A stretch of 63,153 nt of DNA, filler included, from Stramenopiles sp. TOSAG23-3 (Eukaryota), in NCBI GenBank assembly GCA_900128585.1. It is 9 parts of 9 records of this genome, joined end to end, with 100 filler letters (N's around TTAATTAATTAA, not from the genome) between each part and the next. Parts side by side here need not be neighbours in the genome. Positions count along the whole stretch, not along the records: positions 38,862 to 48,465 come from LT642902.1; positions 48,566 to 58,169 come from LT642903.1; 7 more parts are not named here. One strand, written 5' to 3'. The notes below the pieces were generated by a model that worked only from the letters and a program-made list of their open reading frames with translations, was not told the origin of the DNA and ran no database searches. Shown here one piece after another: positions 40,067-51,600 of the stretch. Each line of letters opens with the position of its first letter. The first letter of the stretch is position 1. The position numbers and the translations under genes were made by a program.

Positions 40067-41614
40067 TCATTCATTTGTTGCAAACTCGGCGTGTAATGCT
40101 TGTGTCGGTTCGTTTGGAACTTTCGCGCGAATGTCTCCAGGAAATTTCTTCAAATAGTACTTTGATTTCTTCTGACATTTCCACGCTGGCTGATCCCTAC
40201 CCAAACACCCCATCGTAGCCAAATGCCGGTCGTCCGTCCATCCGTCGACCAACCCGACCCACTTCTTCTTGCCCACCCTTACCATACTTAACGTGTGCAT
40301 CCCCGCCGATGCCCACTTGGTTTTTGGGAGAGGCGATAGAATGAGCTTTGATTCCGTTAAATTATACTCGAAATCATCTTCTGACAATTTTTCAATTGGT
40401 ATTCCATAAACCCGTTTGTCAGTGTGGTGAAACACTACCCAGCCGGGGACAACACGATCGGGGTCAAACACAATTCTCCCACTTTGTCTTATATTGTATC
40501 GCTTGCTTTTTGGATGCTCCCGAAACTTTGATACGAGACGATCGGAAACAAACAATCTCTCGAGACCAGTATCGCCTATGTTCACATCGCGAATGAAAAG
40601 ATACCATTTGCTATTGTGTTTTACTAACGCGGGGTCGACAGGGGCGCTTTCGGTCTGGCCGTCTAAAATCCGAAAGCTTTTCTTCCAGTTGTGAGGAAAT
40701 GCTACTGCTTCGTACAGCCACAAGAAATAAGGCTTGGATCTAATACCACTAGTCCCCGACGTGGTCATATAATACTTGCCGTTTTCTTTCACAATGTACG
40801 GGAACGATAGATGCCATGGTTCTTCTATGACTATTTTCTTGAATTTGAACGAAAGCATATTGTTGTGCGATATGTGAAGCCCAATTTTGCCCTTTTGCTC
40901 AGTTGCATCTAAAATTTCAGAAAACATGTACCATGTTGCAGTTCTGTCGGAGATGTTAACAGAGTTCAGCGGAGCTCTAGGTATAAGAAAAGGGTCTGCA
41001 ATAAACAATGCGGGCATGGACTTTCTGTGAACATCCGCTGCAGTTTGCCGTGGATTGTGGACTATGCTTTCTGAAAATATTCCATTGTTCGCCGTGTACG
41101 TCGCTACTGACCAAATCATATTGATGTCTCCTCGACAATTTTTATTTTTCCACTTCGGTGCCAACGATGTCAACTGATATGGGCATTTCAAAGTCTCTGG
41201 GTTCTTGAACGCTGTTATGTTGTAGATCATGTGTCCTCGGGTGTTCGTTTCTGTCCGTTTCGGTTTCTTGACACTGTGACTTGGTACTTGTTGAGCTTTG
41301 GGGGGACTGTGTCGTGAATGATTCCTCAATGAACGCGCATCTAACTTATCTTTCTTTGCATCCCGGTCCCGTGGCTCTATTCGGTTACGTTTTTTTTGTT
41401 CTACCACATGCTTGACTGCTTCATCCAATATATTCGAATATTTCAATTCATGAGGTAGCCTCGCATTTGCAAGCGACGCCTTTCTATACCGCTTTCGAGG
41501 CATGGTCGCACTAGAAGGGTCTACGAATGAACTTTGTTCGTGCATAATGAAAGGCAAGAGTGCCAGAAGCATAAGCATGATCAAAAAAATCATTTCCGTG
41601 GAAAGGAATCCCAT
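40067..41614 (-). CDS. Type II membrane protein with a GINT1-N-like five-bladed beta-propeller (GH43/GH32 clan-like)
   Basis: N-terminal TM; FIADPFL, WYMFSE..KGKIG, EEPWHLSFPYI, LYEAVAFP..W, VDPALV..KWYLF, GMH. Confidence 0.75.
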   Translation of the reverse strand: MGFLSTEMIFLIMLMLLALLPFIMHEQSSFVDPSSATMPRKRYRKASLANARLPHELKYSNILDEAVKHVVEQKKRNRIEPRDRDAKKDKLDARSLRNHSRHSPPKAQQVPSHSVKKPKRTETNTRGHMIYNITAFKNPETLKCPYQLTSLAPKWKNKNCRGDINMIWSVATYTANNGIFSESIVHNPRQTAADVHRKSMPALFIADPFLIPRAPLNSVNISDRTATWYMFSEILDATEQKGKIGLHISHNNMLSFKFKKIVIEEPWHLSFPYIVKENGKYYMTTSGTSGIRSKPYFLWLYEAVAFPHNWKKSFRILDGQTESAPVDPALVKHNSKWYLFIRDVNIGDTGLERLFVSDRLVSKFREHPKSKRYNIRQSGRIVFDPDRVVPGWVVFHHTDKRVYGIPIEKLSEDDFEYNLTESKLILSPLPKTKWASAGMHTLSMVRVGKKKWVGLVDGWTDDRHLATMGCLGRDQPAWKCQKKSKYYLKKFPGDIRAKVPNEPTQALHAEFATNE

Positions 41615-42344
41615 GATGAATTCAAATCCAGCGGTGACGCACCAAATTCTATATTGTTTTCCTTCCAGAAAAAAAAATTAAAAAATGAATCCGTTTTGTG
41701 TGAAGTATCACAATCAATCACAAATATTTTTAAAATGTAAATTAAATATTGCAAACGCTCGTACCAATTGTATATAAAGAAGTAACAACTCATATAATTG
41801 GCAATAATATACTCTAACCAATTTTATTTCCTTTTTTTTTGCATCAAAAAAATATATTTTATAAGTGAAAAAAAAAGGTAGACCGTACCTAATATTAATA
41901 AATAATCTATAAAAATTCAACAACACAAGCCTCAACAACAACAAAAATGAAACAACACTACTATGTACATTATAAAGCTTTTGACACAGCAGCAAAGTGG
42001 CTGAGTCCACTGTGAGGACATCTTCTATTTCAGCGGAAACGAGCTTTTGCTCGGCCGCTGTGTTTATGTATTATTATATATTTAATAAAACCAAAAGCTC
42101 CGCCGAGGAGCATCGTGGATCGTGGAGGATGGATTGGATGGATGGGAACAAATTTTTTTGATTTGATTAGACTAATACCTATTATGAAACTAAAAAAAAA
42201 GGAAGTCATTTCTTATTCCATTTCAATTATGTGCATTTATTAAGTTTCGTATAAATTTGGCAGTTGCTTGGATTGCACACTGAGATAAAGGTTCGATCTG
42301 TACCTGGTGTTAACTGACACCCGGTTTTGTTCGCCAGAGAAAGG

Positions 42345-44825
42345 ATGGCGTGGTGGAACGTTTTTTGGTGTTGCGCGCTTTTGTTTTTGGGTACCAGCCC
42401 TATAGGTTTGTTTGCTGAGGATGCTCAAGGAAACGGAGCCGTTCTACGGAATCGCTTTTTCCCCGAAGAAAACGACTACTTGTCAAAGGCGGAGTGGCCT
42501 GAAAAACCTCAAGAAATTGTTTGCAAAAAGAAATTGGAAGACCTTGACTTTTCCCTTCGACTAGGCAGGTTGCAGATAAAGTACCGCAGGTCCAGTACTG
42601 AAACATTCCGTCAAAAAACTTATTACAACGACTTGTTGCGAACGCTTTCGTGGACACCAGAAAGCGTCCAACACGAACCGTTAGCAAGACCCGTGTTTCA
42701 AGAGGGAGAACTGGAGGCAATCCTCGAAAGTTTGGATGGAGATGAAACTGGCACCGACAGTCTGGTTTTTGAATTAGTTCTGATAGGGCGTGACGTAAAG
42801 CCTCGAATCCCCATTGTTATCCTTCGTTCGAAGGAGGCGCCAGAATGGGAAGAGTATGTGCTGGACTTCCTGATGGACTTTGATGACGAGCAACTTGACA
42901 AGTTTAACAATCCTAAGTTTGACACGCTAGGCGGAATTTTTCGAACCCCTAACCTTCTTCCGAGTGTCATTTTTATTGCTCTAGAAAGCACGAGTCGTCC
43001 TATGATGAAGCATTACGCACCAAATTTCCTTCGCTACATTCAGTCGATGAGAAAGGGCGGCGACCGCCCGGATGGCTCGCACCGCGCTTTTCTTATGGAG
43101 GGTTTCCATTCAGCTACGTTCGGGTCTACAGCGAACAACTTAACCCCTTTGTTCACTGGAATGCCCCACAATGCTCCCGGGGAAGATGCAATTGAGTCTG
43201 CGTATGTGAAGGGCTGTTCCGACTATAGACTCTCCCTTTCCAGAGAAATGTGGTACTGGAGCAAATACTATGAAATCGGGTACTTTACCGTCAATGGGAA
43301 CACAGGGCAACACTACTGGGGTTGCTGGGGTGGGGGAAATAAAGACAGTTATTCTTGTCGGACATGGACGAAAGCAGAGCAGAAATTTTTGACGTCTATG
43401 CTTGATCGCATGAGTAAAAATGCTTCGAAAAATGAGAACTTTGTAGAGAGCGAGCTGTGTAAACTGTCCGGTGATGTTTGGCAGGGAGACGAGGAACGGC
43501 TGCAGGGATGCGGTGAATGCTACTGCTGTCGACATAACGGTAATTTCGGAACAAAGCCGAAGTTATGGCGATGTGCTGATATGGAAGTAAGCAGCGAAGC
43601 TAGATTGAGCTTAGAAGAGTATGCAAAAGGCTGCCAGGCCGTTGGTGGAACTGTCAGGGAAGAACACAACGAGGACAGCCTTTTGGGGTGCAATTGTCGT
43701 TGCTGCAGAAAAACTTCTGAATATTTTGGCCGCGAAGGAATTTTTGGGTTTGCAGAGCCTTTTTCATTTTTGCACGCACAGAAAGCGTGGAAGCTGAATT
43801 TAACGCATGACTGGAACGAAAAATCTCATTGTGTTGGTTCGCGCTTAGTGCACCAGGCCCACTTAGATGAGCTGATCCGTACTTGTGAAAGAGTGAGTGC
43901 GCCAATCTTTGCGTACCATCATTTACACTCACCACATTATCACAGAGAATTTGTCACCGTTCTGGAGAATTCACTGCCCAAGAAGATCGACGAATTGATG
44001 GAGAAAGAACCAAACTCAATCATCATTATAGCGGGAGACCACGGTCCCCCAGACAAATTTGACCAGAATATGCCTTTTCTATCCCTCCTTATGCCAAAAC
44101 CTCTGCTGAAGACTGTCAATGCCCAAAAGTTCAACGTAACAGAGAATTTGGAGGCCAACGAGCAACGATTAATCACCCCGACGGACATTTTTTTGACCTT
44201 CGGTCATATTCTTTCGTTGTTTGGAAATGGGACCAAGACAGACGTCTGCCACGGGGAAAACGTGGCGGCGTACCCGCAATGCATGCTTTATAAGGGAGAT
44301 GGCACAAATCCTTACAGTGGGTACGCATCGATGACTGCGAACCACAAGGCAACTAGCTTGTTTCAGCGAATCCCGGCCAACCGGTCCTGTTCAGAAGCAG
44401 GCATTGGGGACTTTCACTGCCAAGAGGGTGAGTGGAAATCGCTGCTTGGACGCAGAACAAAACTCAACTATTTGGATTTGCCAAACCAAATAACCAAAGA
44501 GATCAACCGATATTTGAAAACGGCAGATAGAGAAAACAACGTTTGCCAAGTTTTACGAGTCAGGAATATACTCTCTTTGGAGCAGCAAGAAAAATTTGAA
44601 CTGTCTGAATTGAAAGACGTTAGTTACCTGCGAACCGTTTTCGATACAGTAGATGAAGGGCTGGGCTCTGTGACTTTAAACGCGCTGTTGTCTATTGAGG
44701 AAGGGGAGCGTGGGCTGAGGGTTATGTACATATCCCAGTTGACTCGTTACAACAAGTATGAGCCGTGCGTCCCTAAAGGCGTTGTCGCGAAGTTTTGCGT
44801 TTGCAATGCATCAGCGATTTTGTAG
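42345..44825 (+). CDS. Secreted or luminal DUF229-like alkaline phosphatase/sulfatase superfamily protein
   Basis: Signal peptide; SVIFIALESTSR, T.NNLTPLFTG, IIIIAGDHG, PFLSLLMP, NEQRLITPTDI, SLFQRIPANRSCSEAGI..C, and C-terminal KFCVC. Confidence 0.8.
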   Translation: MAWWNVFWCCALLFLGTSPIGLFAEDAQGNGAVLRNRFFPEENDYLSKAEWPEKPQEIVCKKKLEDLDFSLRLGRLQIKYRRSSTETFRQKTYYNDLLRTLSWTPESVQHEPLARPVFQEGELEAILESLDGDETGTDSLVFELVLIGRDVKPRIPIVILRSKEAPEWEEYVLDFLMDFDDEQLDKFNNPKFDTLGGIFRTPNLLPSVIFIALESTSRPMMKHYAPNFLRYIQSMRKGGDRPDGSHRAFLMEGFHSATFGSTANNLTPLFTGMPHNAPGEDAIESAYVKGCSDYRLSLSREMWYWSKYYEIGYFTVNGNTGQHYWGCWGGGNKDSYSCRTWTKAEQKFLTSMLDRMSKNASKNENFVESELCKLSGDVWQGDEERLQGCGECYCCRHNGNFGTKPKLWRCADMEVSSEARLSLEEYAKGCQAVGGTVREEHNEDSLLGCNCRCCRKTSEYFGREGIFGFAEPFSFLHAQKAWKLNLTHDWNEKSHCVGSRLVHQAHLDELIRTCERVSAPIFAYHHLHSPHYHREFVTVLENSLPKKIDELMEKEPNSIIIIAGDHGPPDKFDQNMPFLSLLMPKPLLKTVNAQKFNVTENLEANEQRLITPTDIFLTFGHILSLFGNGTKTDVCHGENVAAYPQCMLYKGDGTNPYSGYASMTANHKATSLFQRIPANRSCSEAGIGDFHCQEGEWKSLLGRRTKLNYLDLPNQITKEINRYLKTADRENNVCQVLRVRNILSLEQQEKFELSELKDVSYLRTVFDTVDEGLGSVTLNALLSIEEGERGLRVMYISQLTRYNKYEPCVPKGVVAKFCVCNASAIL

Positions 44826-45314
44826 ACGACTAACGCACTTGTATACGAAACTATTTCGCACCGTTTGAATATTCGTTCCAGTACATAAATTAGTCACGGT
44901 ATTCTGTTTTTTACTATTATTGATACCTCCTCGCTATCGTGTGTTAGAGTGTAGTTTATTATACTTATTACGTATTAAATTCAGCAGCAGAACAAACATG
45001 TTGTTCCCAGTAGTAAAGAGTAATACCAATGAATTATTATTAAAAAAACAATAATAGAATCCAATTATTTAGTAGTTAATAATAGAAAAGGTGGTGCGCG
45101 AGAACATACAATTCAATTTACAAACAAGATTAAGGATGGCAATTATGTACTGCTTGCGCAGATGCAAATGCTAATTTAAGCGGACGGCTTGCAAAATCGT
45201 TAATTAATCAACAGCTGCACTTTTTATACTGATAATAAATGGACTAAACATACAAGTGGAGCAGAGTATTTGTGACTGGTGCACGTTTTCGCTTGTAGCT
45301 GGTGGTGTTGCCTG

Positions 45315-48068
45315 ATGAGTTCACTGACGATAGCCGAACATGAAAAGGTTTTGTCGGACACAAAGAAGAGGTACCGTGCGGACGCTCTGGCTATGGGTGA
45401 GAAAAAATATCAAGAGGGCTATTTAAAGGCTAAGCGAAAAGGTGTGGACAGTAGAGCGCAACTACGCGCTGCAATCGAGGCGATAGGTTCCCTCCGCTCC
45501 CGATACAAGAAGGAAGCTTTAAAGCGATGCGAACAAAAATTCCAAGAGGGGTATCAAAAGGGTCTACAGCAAAGTCGGGGGGCAGGTGGAACAACGAGAG
45601 ATGAATTTTCAAAAACTTCAGAGCAAGAGGTTAAGGCCCTGTTTGAGCAGACATTTAATGTACTGAAAAAAAGTTTTGGCGACTCCTCCCAGGAAAAGAA
45701 GCGCTGGAGGGGCGACGAGGTTGTCGACTCCTTGCGCGCAACATTTAGGGACATTCTGGTTTCCAAGAAATTTAATAGTGATAGTGATGGTTCGTGTGAG
45801 GGTGTTCGTATTCTCGAAGCCAAGTTAAGTAGAATGGAAGAAAAGCTGCACAAAAATGTCGCAGAAAAGACAGAGCTTCGGTCTTCTTTAGTTGCCATGA
45901 AACAGCAACTCGCCGAGAGCAAGAAACGCGGTGTGCAGCAGCTAACCGCTGGTCGGGTTGGCGGTAAGAACACCTCTCCGTTTGAAAATGTTATTTTCCA
46001 CGATTCACCAGTTCAGCGCGATCAAAATGCCCTCAGCGCTTCTTCAAAAACGTTTGCACCTGCCTCTCGCCCTGTGCGATTGGATGCGGAAGAAATTGAG
46101 CTGCCGCCCCTATGGCTAGAGTTAGTCCATTCACATTTACACGAGGCGGAGAAAAATACTGTGCTCTGGCGCGTTGCTATCCTCAGCTGGAGCAAGCTTG
46201 ACGTTGCTTCTAACCCGTACGTAGGGTACGAGATTGCCGTGCGATTGCAAGAGAAGAGCAATATTGGTGGGAACGAAGACGGTCAGTACGTATCGTGGAA
46301 CGCAGAGTTGGATACTTCAAAGGAAAACAACGCGCAAGTAAGGTCATCAATTTTCCGAAGATTCAGGGAATTTGAATGGTTACACGGTCGCCTAAAGCAG
46401 CAGTTTTCAGGTGCAATAGTCCCGACACTTCCTCGAAAACGTGGGTTATTCAATATAAGTGCTGAACCGTTTGATCCTGATTGGTTATCTTCTCGCCAAA
46501 CGAAATTGAATAGCTGGTTAATTTTTGTTGCAAGTCACCCACTCTTGGGAACCTCACTTGACTTGCGGACATTTTTGAGTTCTACGTTCACCATGGAGAT
46601 ACCGATGTCATCGGATCATGTAATGTTGAAGATGAAAGCCTCACTCACTAGTCAGCATGCAGAAATTGCTACGAACGAATCAATTTCTAATCTATTAAAA
46701 AACTACCACATAGATGAAGAGCTGGGACAAAATCATCAACGCCTGGGAGAGAAAGCTAAAGACAGTGGACAAGCGTCCTTGCTCTGCGGTAAGTCATGTA
46801 AAGAAATGGGCGCCAACGCAATTGCGTTTGGGGAAAAGGTTGGAATGAAATTTGGTGGTGAGTATTGGAATATATTTGGAAAGCATATTGAAGAAACTCA
46901 GTCGGTGCATTATGAATCTGCCTCCGACATTTTGAAAAATGTTAGCAATATAAACAAGTTTTGGGGATCGCATGTGTTGCCCGAAGTCGGGAGTGCAGTG
47001 GATATGTTGTCATATGAAAAAACTTGGCATGATAGATTAGGCTTCGCTGGGCGCATTGCAGCAGAAGTGAGGGGGCTTAAAAAGCAAAGAAAAAAACAAA
47101 TTGGCCAAAGCTTACTTTCTTTAGCCAAAGATATGAGTAAGCAAATGAGTGCAGAAAGACGAGGCTGGGAAGATCTATACAAGACGCTAGGCGAAGTAAA
47201 GTCTGCTAAGCCGAGAGGAAAGAGGTCCAAAAGCATGCGCGAAAATAGTGCGTCCTCTGCCTCCAGCATCAACAGGTCCAAAATCATGCGCGAAAGCGGT
47301 GCGTCCTCTGCCTCCAACACCAACAGGTCAAAAAGTCTTTGCGAGAACAGCGTGTCCTCTGCCTCCAACAGCATCAGCAAAGAGGAAACCATGAGAAGGA
47401 AGCGGGAGCGTGGCGCCAGATTACGAGCAAAAAAGAAGCGGGAAGCAGATGCAGAACGGGCAAGGAAGATGCAAGAGCGTGAGATAGAAGGCCGCCGCAA
47501 ACGGCGTGAGCTGAAAGAACAATTGGAACGTGAAAGGGGAGAGCAAATTAGAATTGCTGCAGAAAAAAAGAGAGAGAGGGAACTTGCCGAGGAGTTGGAG
47601 AAGGCAAAACGAGTAAAGGCTTCAAAAGAACGTCGGGCGTCTCGGCGAAAAGAATACGAGGAAAAATTAAAGCATGGTGTTTTCGCAGGCGAACATAAGA
47701 AAAGAAATGCACACATTCCCATGCCGCATGAAAGACGGTACGGGACTTCGCAACGGACATCATCGCAAGATGAAGCCAGGTCGAAGCCAACCCCTGTGCC
47801 ACAGGCAAAGAGGCCGCAACAGCAAGATCAAAAACGTAATAGTAGCAAAGAACAGAAGGACAAGAGTAAGCCCCACGAGGCTGCCGCAGAGGATGACACG
47901 TACATAGACCCGTATGAAATCCTTGGCGTAGGAAAAGATGCGACAGCAAAAGAGATAAAAAAGGCATACAGAAAATTAGCTTTAACTTTTCATCCGGACA
48001 AGAACAAATCTGACGGTGCACAAAAAATGTTCGTTTTGATTAACGAGGCGTACTCGAAATTGTCGTAA
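45315..48068 (+). CDS. PX-domain, coiled-coil and C-terminal DnaJ-domain protein
   Basis: [31 protein letters not shown]-domain: [30 protein letters not shown]. Three 17-aa repeats at about 47222-47375. Confidence 0.88.
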   Translation: MSSLTIAEHEKVLSDTKKRYRADALAMGEKKYQEGYLKAKRKGVDSRAQLRAAIEAIGSLRSRYKKEALKRCEQKFQEGYQKGLQQSRGAGGTTRDEFSKTSEQEVKALFEQTFNVLKKSFGDSSQEKKRWRGDEVVDSLRATFRDILVSKKFNSDSDGSCEGVRILEAKLSRMEEKLHKNVAEKTELRSSLVAMKQQLAESKKRGVQQLTAGRVGGKNTSPFENVIFHDSPVQRDQNALSASSKTFAPASRPVRLDAEEIELPPLWLELVHSHLHEAEKNTVLWRVAILSWSKLDVASNPYVGYEIAVRLQEKSNIGGNEDGQYVSWNAELDTSKENNAQVRSSIFRRFREFEWLHGRLKQQFSGAIVPTLPRKRGLFNISAEPFDPDWLSSRQTKLNSWLIFVASHPLLGTSLDLRTFLSSTFTMEIPMSSDHVMLKMKASLTSQHAEIATNESISNLLKNYHIDEELGQNHQRLGEKAKDSGQASLLCGKSCKEMGANAIAFGEKVGMKFGGEYWNIFGKHIEETQSVHYESASDILKNVSNINKFWGSHVLPEVGSAVDMLSYEKTWHDRLGFAGRIAAEVRGLKKQRKKQIGQSLLSLAKDMSKQMSAERRGWEDLYKTLGEVKSAKPRGKRSKSMRENSASSASSINRSKIMRESGASSASNTNRSKSLCENSVSSASNSISKEETMRRKRERGARLRAKKKREADAERARKMQEREIEGRRKRRELKEQLERERGEQIRIAAEKKRERELAEELEKAKRVKASKERRASRRKEYEEKLKHGVFAGEHKKRNAHIPMPHERRYGTSQRTSSQDEARSKPTPVPQAKRPQQQDQKRNSSKEQKDKSKPHEAAAEDDTYIDPYEILGVGKDATAKEIKKAYRKLALTFHPDKNKSDGAQKMFVLINEAYSKLS

Positions 48069-48565
48069 GCTTACCAAGTTAAAGAGACAAATTATCCCTC
48101 TTAATAGATAAGATTTGTGGATAAAATGAATGACCAACAATTGTTCTTCTGCAATTTTTTCATTTTTTTCTTTTGCTTAGACTGAGTATTATATTTTATA
48201 CACACAGACGACACAGCATTTCCTCAAATAGAGAAACATTTCTCTTTGTTACAAAAAAGTTAATTAAATCTACACAGCACTAATGAAACAATAAACGGTT
48301 CCAACAACAATTGTTCTTCTGCAATTTTTTTCTTTTCTGTTTTTGTTTTTCATATCGGTATTTTATATAGACACAGTATTCATTAGAATAAATTAACATT
48401 TCTTTTCGCTGTAAAAATGAAAGAAATTTATTTCAACACAAACTTACAACAAAAAATGACAAAATNNNNNNNNNNNNNNNNNNNNNNNNNNNNNNNNNNN
48501 NNNNNNNNNTTAATTAATTAANNNNNNNNNNNNNNNNNNNNNNNNNNNNNNNNNNNNNNNNNNNN

Positions 48566-48644
48566 GCCGCCTACCACCCAGCTTTTTGTTCTTGAGTTCC
48601 TTCGACAAAATTTTTAGCATTTTCATCGAAGTGTTCCCTGCACC
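48566..48644 (-). other. 79-bp exact inverted copy of 50894-50972 at the contig start (probable chimera)
   Basis: Reverse complement matches exactly. Confidence 0.9.
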
Positions 48645-48682
48645 AGGGATGTTCATCGATTACGGAACGGGCGCTGGCAATT

Positions 48683-51600
48683 ATGTATGCTTTTATAAAC
48701 AAAGTTGTCCGGGGAGACACTGTGATAAATATCACTGCCCAATTTAAGTACTTTGATGATGATGGAAGTGGAAATATTACTCGGAAGGAGTTTAGCGAGG
48801 CACTCTCAAAACCTCCGTATAATTTGACCCTGAGTTCGCAGGCTTTAAAATCCTTGGTTTCTAAATTTGATAGAGATGGGGACGATGAAGTCGATTATGG
48901 GGAATTTGTCCGTTTTGTCTTCGATACAGAAAGGACGCAGCAGGAACAAAATAGAATGGAATCGAAGCACGTTGGGGGGAGCAAAAATAATGCATACGAA
49001 GTTGCGGACGAAGTAGAAGAAGAAATTCGAAATGTGCTGAGCATAGTATCCGGTAGGACGCGGCAGCAGTTTGTAATGCACCAACAGCTTTTATCATGTG
49101 TCGTGACGGTGGCGTGCAAAATTTTAGTGGACCACACGAAGTGGCTTTACAAGGAGTCCCTTGGAAAATGGAACGTAACTCGCAACATCTTTTCGATCCT
49201 GTCTTTGGTGTTGAAAAACGAGCCCAGCGGCTTGCACAAGGATATATTTACAGCCCAGCAGCGGCTGCTAAACAATTTTTTTCGAGATAGGACTCTTCAA
49301 AAATCATTAATTGGCTCAATTACGATCTTGTGCACTTCTTGTGTGCAGCTTGAATACCAAAAGAAAACAATGCTGCCAGTGAATTTTTTTCAAAGTGGGG
49401 GTCTACTGCAGCAGTGTGGAGGAGAGGATGAAAGGCAAGCGATAGAGAGCATGACAGCCGAAGGATTTGAGATATTGTTGCTCATCTTAGACTCAACCTT
49501 GCCCCCAGGTACCAGCCCGTATGAAGTCATAAAAAATGCCAAGCTGAAGGTTTCTTTATTAACCCAACCAGTAATTCCGTCTAACCAAAATTTAGATGAT
49601 ACCAGCATGTGGAAACAGTCAAATTTAGGCCACAATGCAAATGCTCCAAACTTGCTTTTGAACACAGGCAACTGGAATCAGCTGGTCGCGATCTCGTCCT
49701 ACCTGGGTTATGATTGCTCTAGACAGACAAAAATCCCTGTTTTGGCAATGAAAATAATCAGAGCGGTCTCCAACATTATGACCAAGACCAGAGTTCCCTC
49801 CTATTTAAATACCCCTGAAGATGAAAAACTGAACTCAGAGTTGCAATCGGATACAAAGACGTACTCGTCTCTAATTGTTTCGTTGGACAAAGACAAGCAT
49901 CAGTTCAAGACACTGTTGTTAGCCTGCCTAGAAAGAGATATATTTTTGGGCTCAGACGAACATGTCAGGCAACTGCAAGAGGAGATACTATGTTTTCTAT
50001 GCCGAGAAGTGTCTGACCAACCATCAATTGTTGGGTTGGTCCTTGACAAAAGCATGTTAAGAACCATTCGTGCCAATATCAATGAGTCTGCGTGGCAAAT
50101 CAGAAAAGGGCAAGGAAAGCGATACATGGACGATGTGAAAACCCTAAAGTTCCCGCGAGTCTACGCTAGAACTTTGGCTTTGTTTTCCGCACTGTGGCAT
50201 GCCCAATCAAAAGGGCGGTTTAGAACAGTTGTAGACTTATTAAGGGGTGAAAAGCAGGAACAAAAGCAATTCTGGGAGGATGTTACGATGTCGCTGTTTT
50301 CACTAGATGGTGTTTACGACGTAGCTGCAGAAACGAGCTCGCTTGAGTGGGACGGAGATGTTCTGGATGCTCGGTCGTTTGCATTGGAGCTTTTTGCGCT
50401 GGAGTATTACACGGGGAAAAGTGTTGAGGCCATGGAAAGAATCAAAGAAAAAGTTAAAGGTAAGGCAATGAACGGCTCCAGAACTTATCTGGAAATTTGG
50501 TGTGAAGAGTTTGCGAAATTTTCGTTTGAGCAACGCGATCTAGACGATTTGCACACAAGCGCGCTTAATTTGGGGCTGAATTTACACCCTTACCAATCAA
50601 GAAGGAGCAAAGTGCCTGGTCAAAGGGATTACGGAAAATCTTACATTTACGATTATTCGAAACTATCTTTTGCGCTGGACGATGCCGTTGATTCCAGCGC
50701 AGCGTACAAATTCTTGGAGAAAATTAAACGCTTTAATTTTGCCGGATCGAAGTCAGATGGGCAGCTCTGGCTTCTGAAGCGATGCCGTCGTTTTGTAGAG
50801 TCGTACTGCTGCCTAAGCCGACCAGTAAATGCGCAATCGTCATCCACTTTGCTTGTACGGCGTTCTTCCTTAACAGAAGGCCCGACAAATTTAGGTGCAG
50901 GGAACACTTCGATGAAAATGCTAAAAATTTTGTCGAAGGAACTCAAGAACAAAAAGCTGGGTGGTAGGCGGCGATGATGGTGTTCCATCAGCTCTATGAT
51001 CATAACACAAGGCCAAGGCGAAGTGCTGAGTCCGAACTAAATTGTGAAGACACCCTGGAACTACTTGACAATATTTGTGACTTGACCCAACGCGCATTTG
51101 CTCAACACGAGGAAGATGTGTCGCTGCGCTTGCCACTGCTAGCGTCTTCGATTATGCTGTACAAGCACTGGTGCCAAATAGTTGGTGTCGTAATCGAAAA
51201 GTTAAACCTGGCCATTGAAAATATTCATGCAACAGATTATCATACGGCTGTCAAAGCCAAAGTTTTGGGCTTGTTGAGCAGAACCTCCGATACCATTGAT
51301 GTAAAGAAAGTCGAAGAACTGATGACGCCTTTCACGCAATCATTTGAGATGGCAGGGAGCCAGGTCGAAGAACAAATGCGAAACATGATACCTTCTTTCA
51401 AGACCGCTGTCATAAATTTTTTGTTGAAAGATTACAAGGATCTTGGCCAACGAATATTGTCAAATGCATGCGTCTGCATTGAAAATTTGGCAAAAACCGG
51501 TTCAAAGGTCTTCTCTATCAATAAAATTACTGTTGAGAGAATTGGAAAGGTTTTTTCCGCCGTCTTAAATGAGCCGAAAGATGACGACGATGAAAACAAG

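Noticed and set aside
48134-48330. Duplicated CAACAATTGTTCTTCTGCAATTTTTT; also short duplications at about 36828-36874 and 61883-61935
   Set aside because: Local duplications in AT-rich intergenic DNA with no further structure or copies elsewhere in the window.
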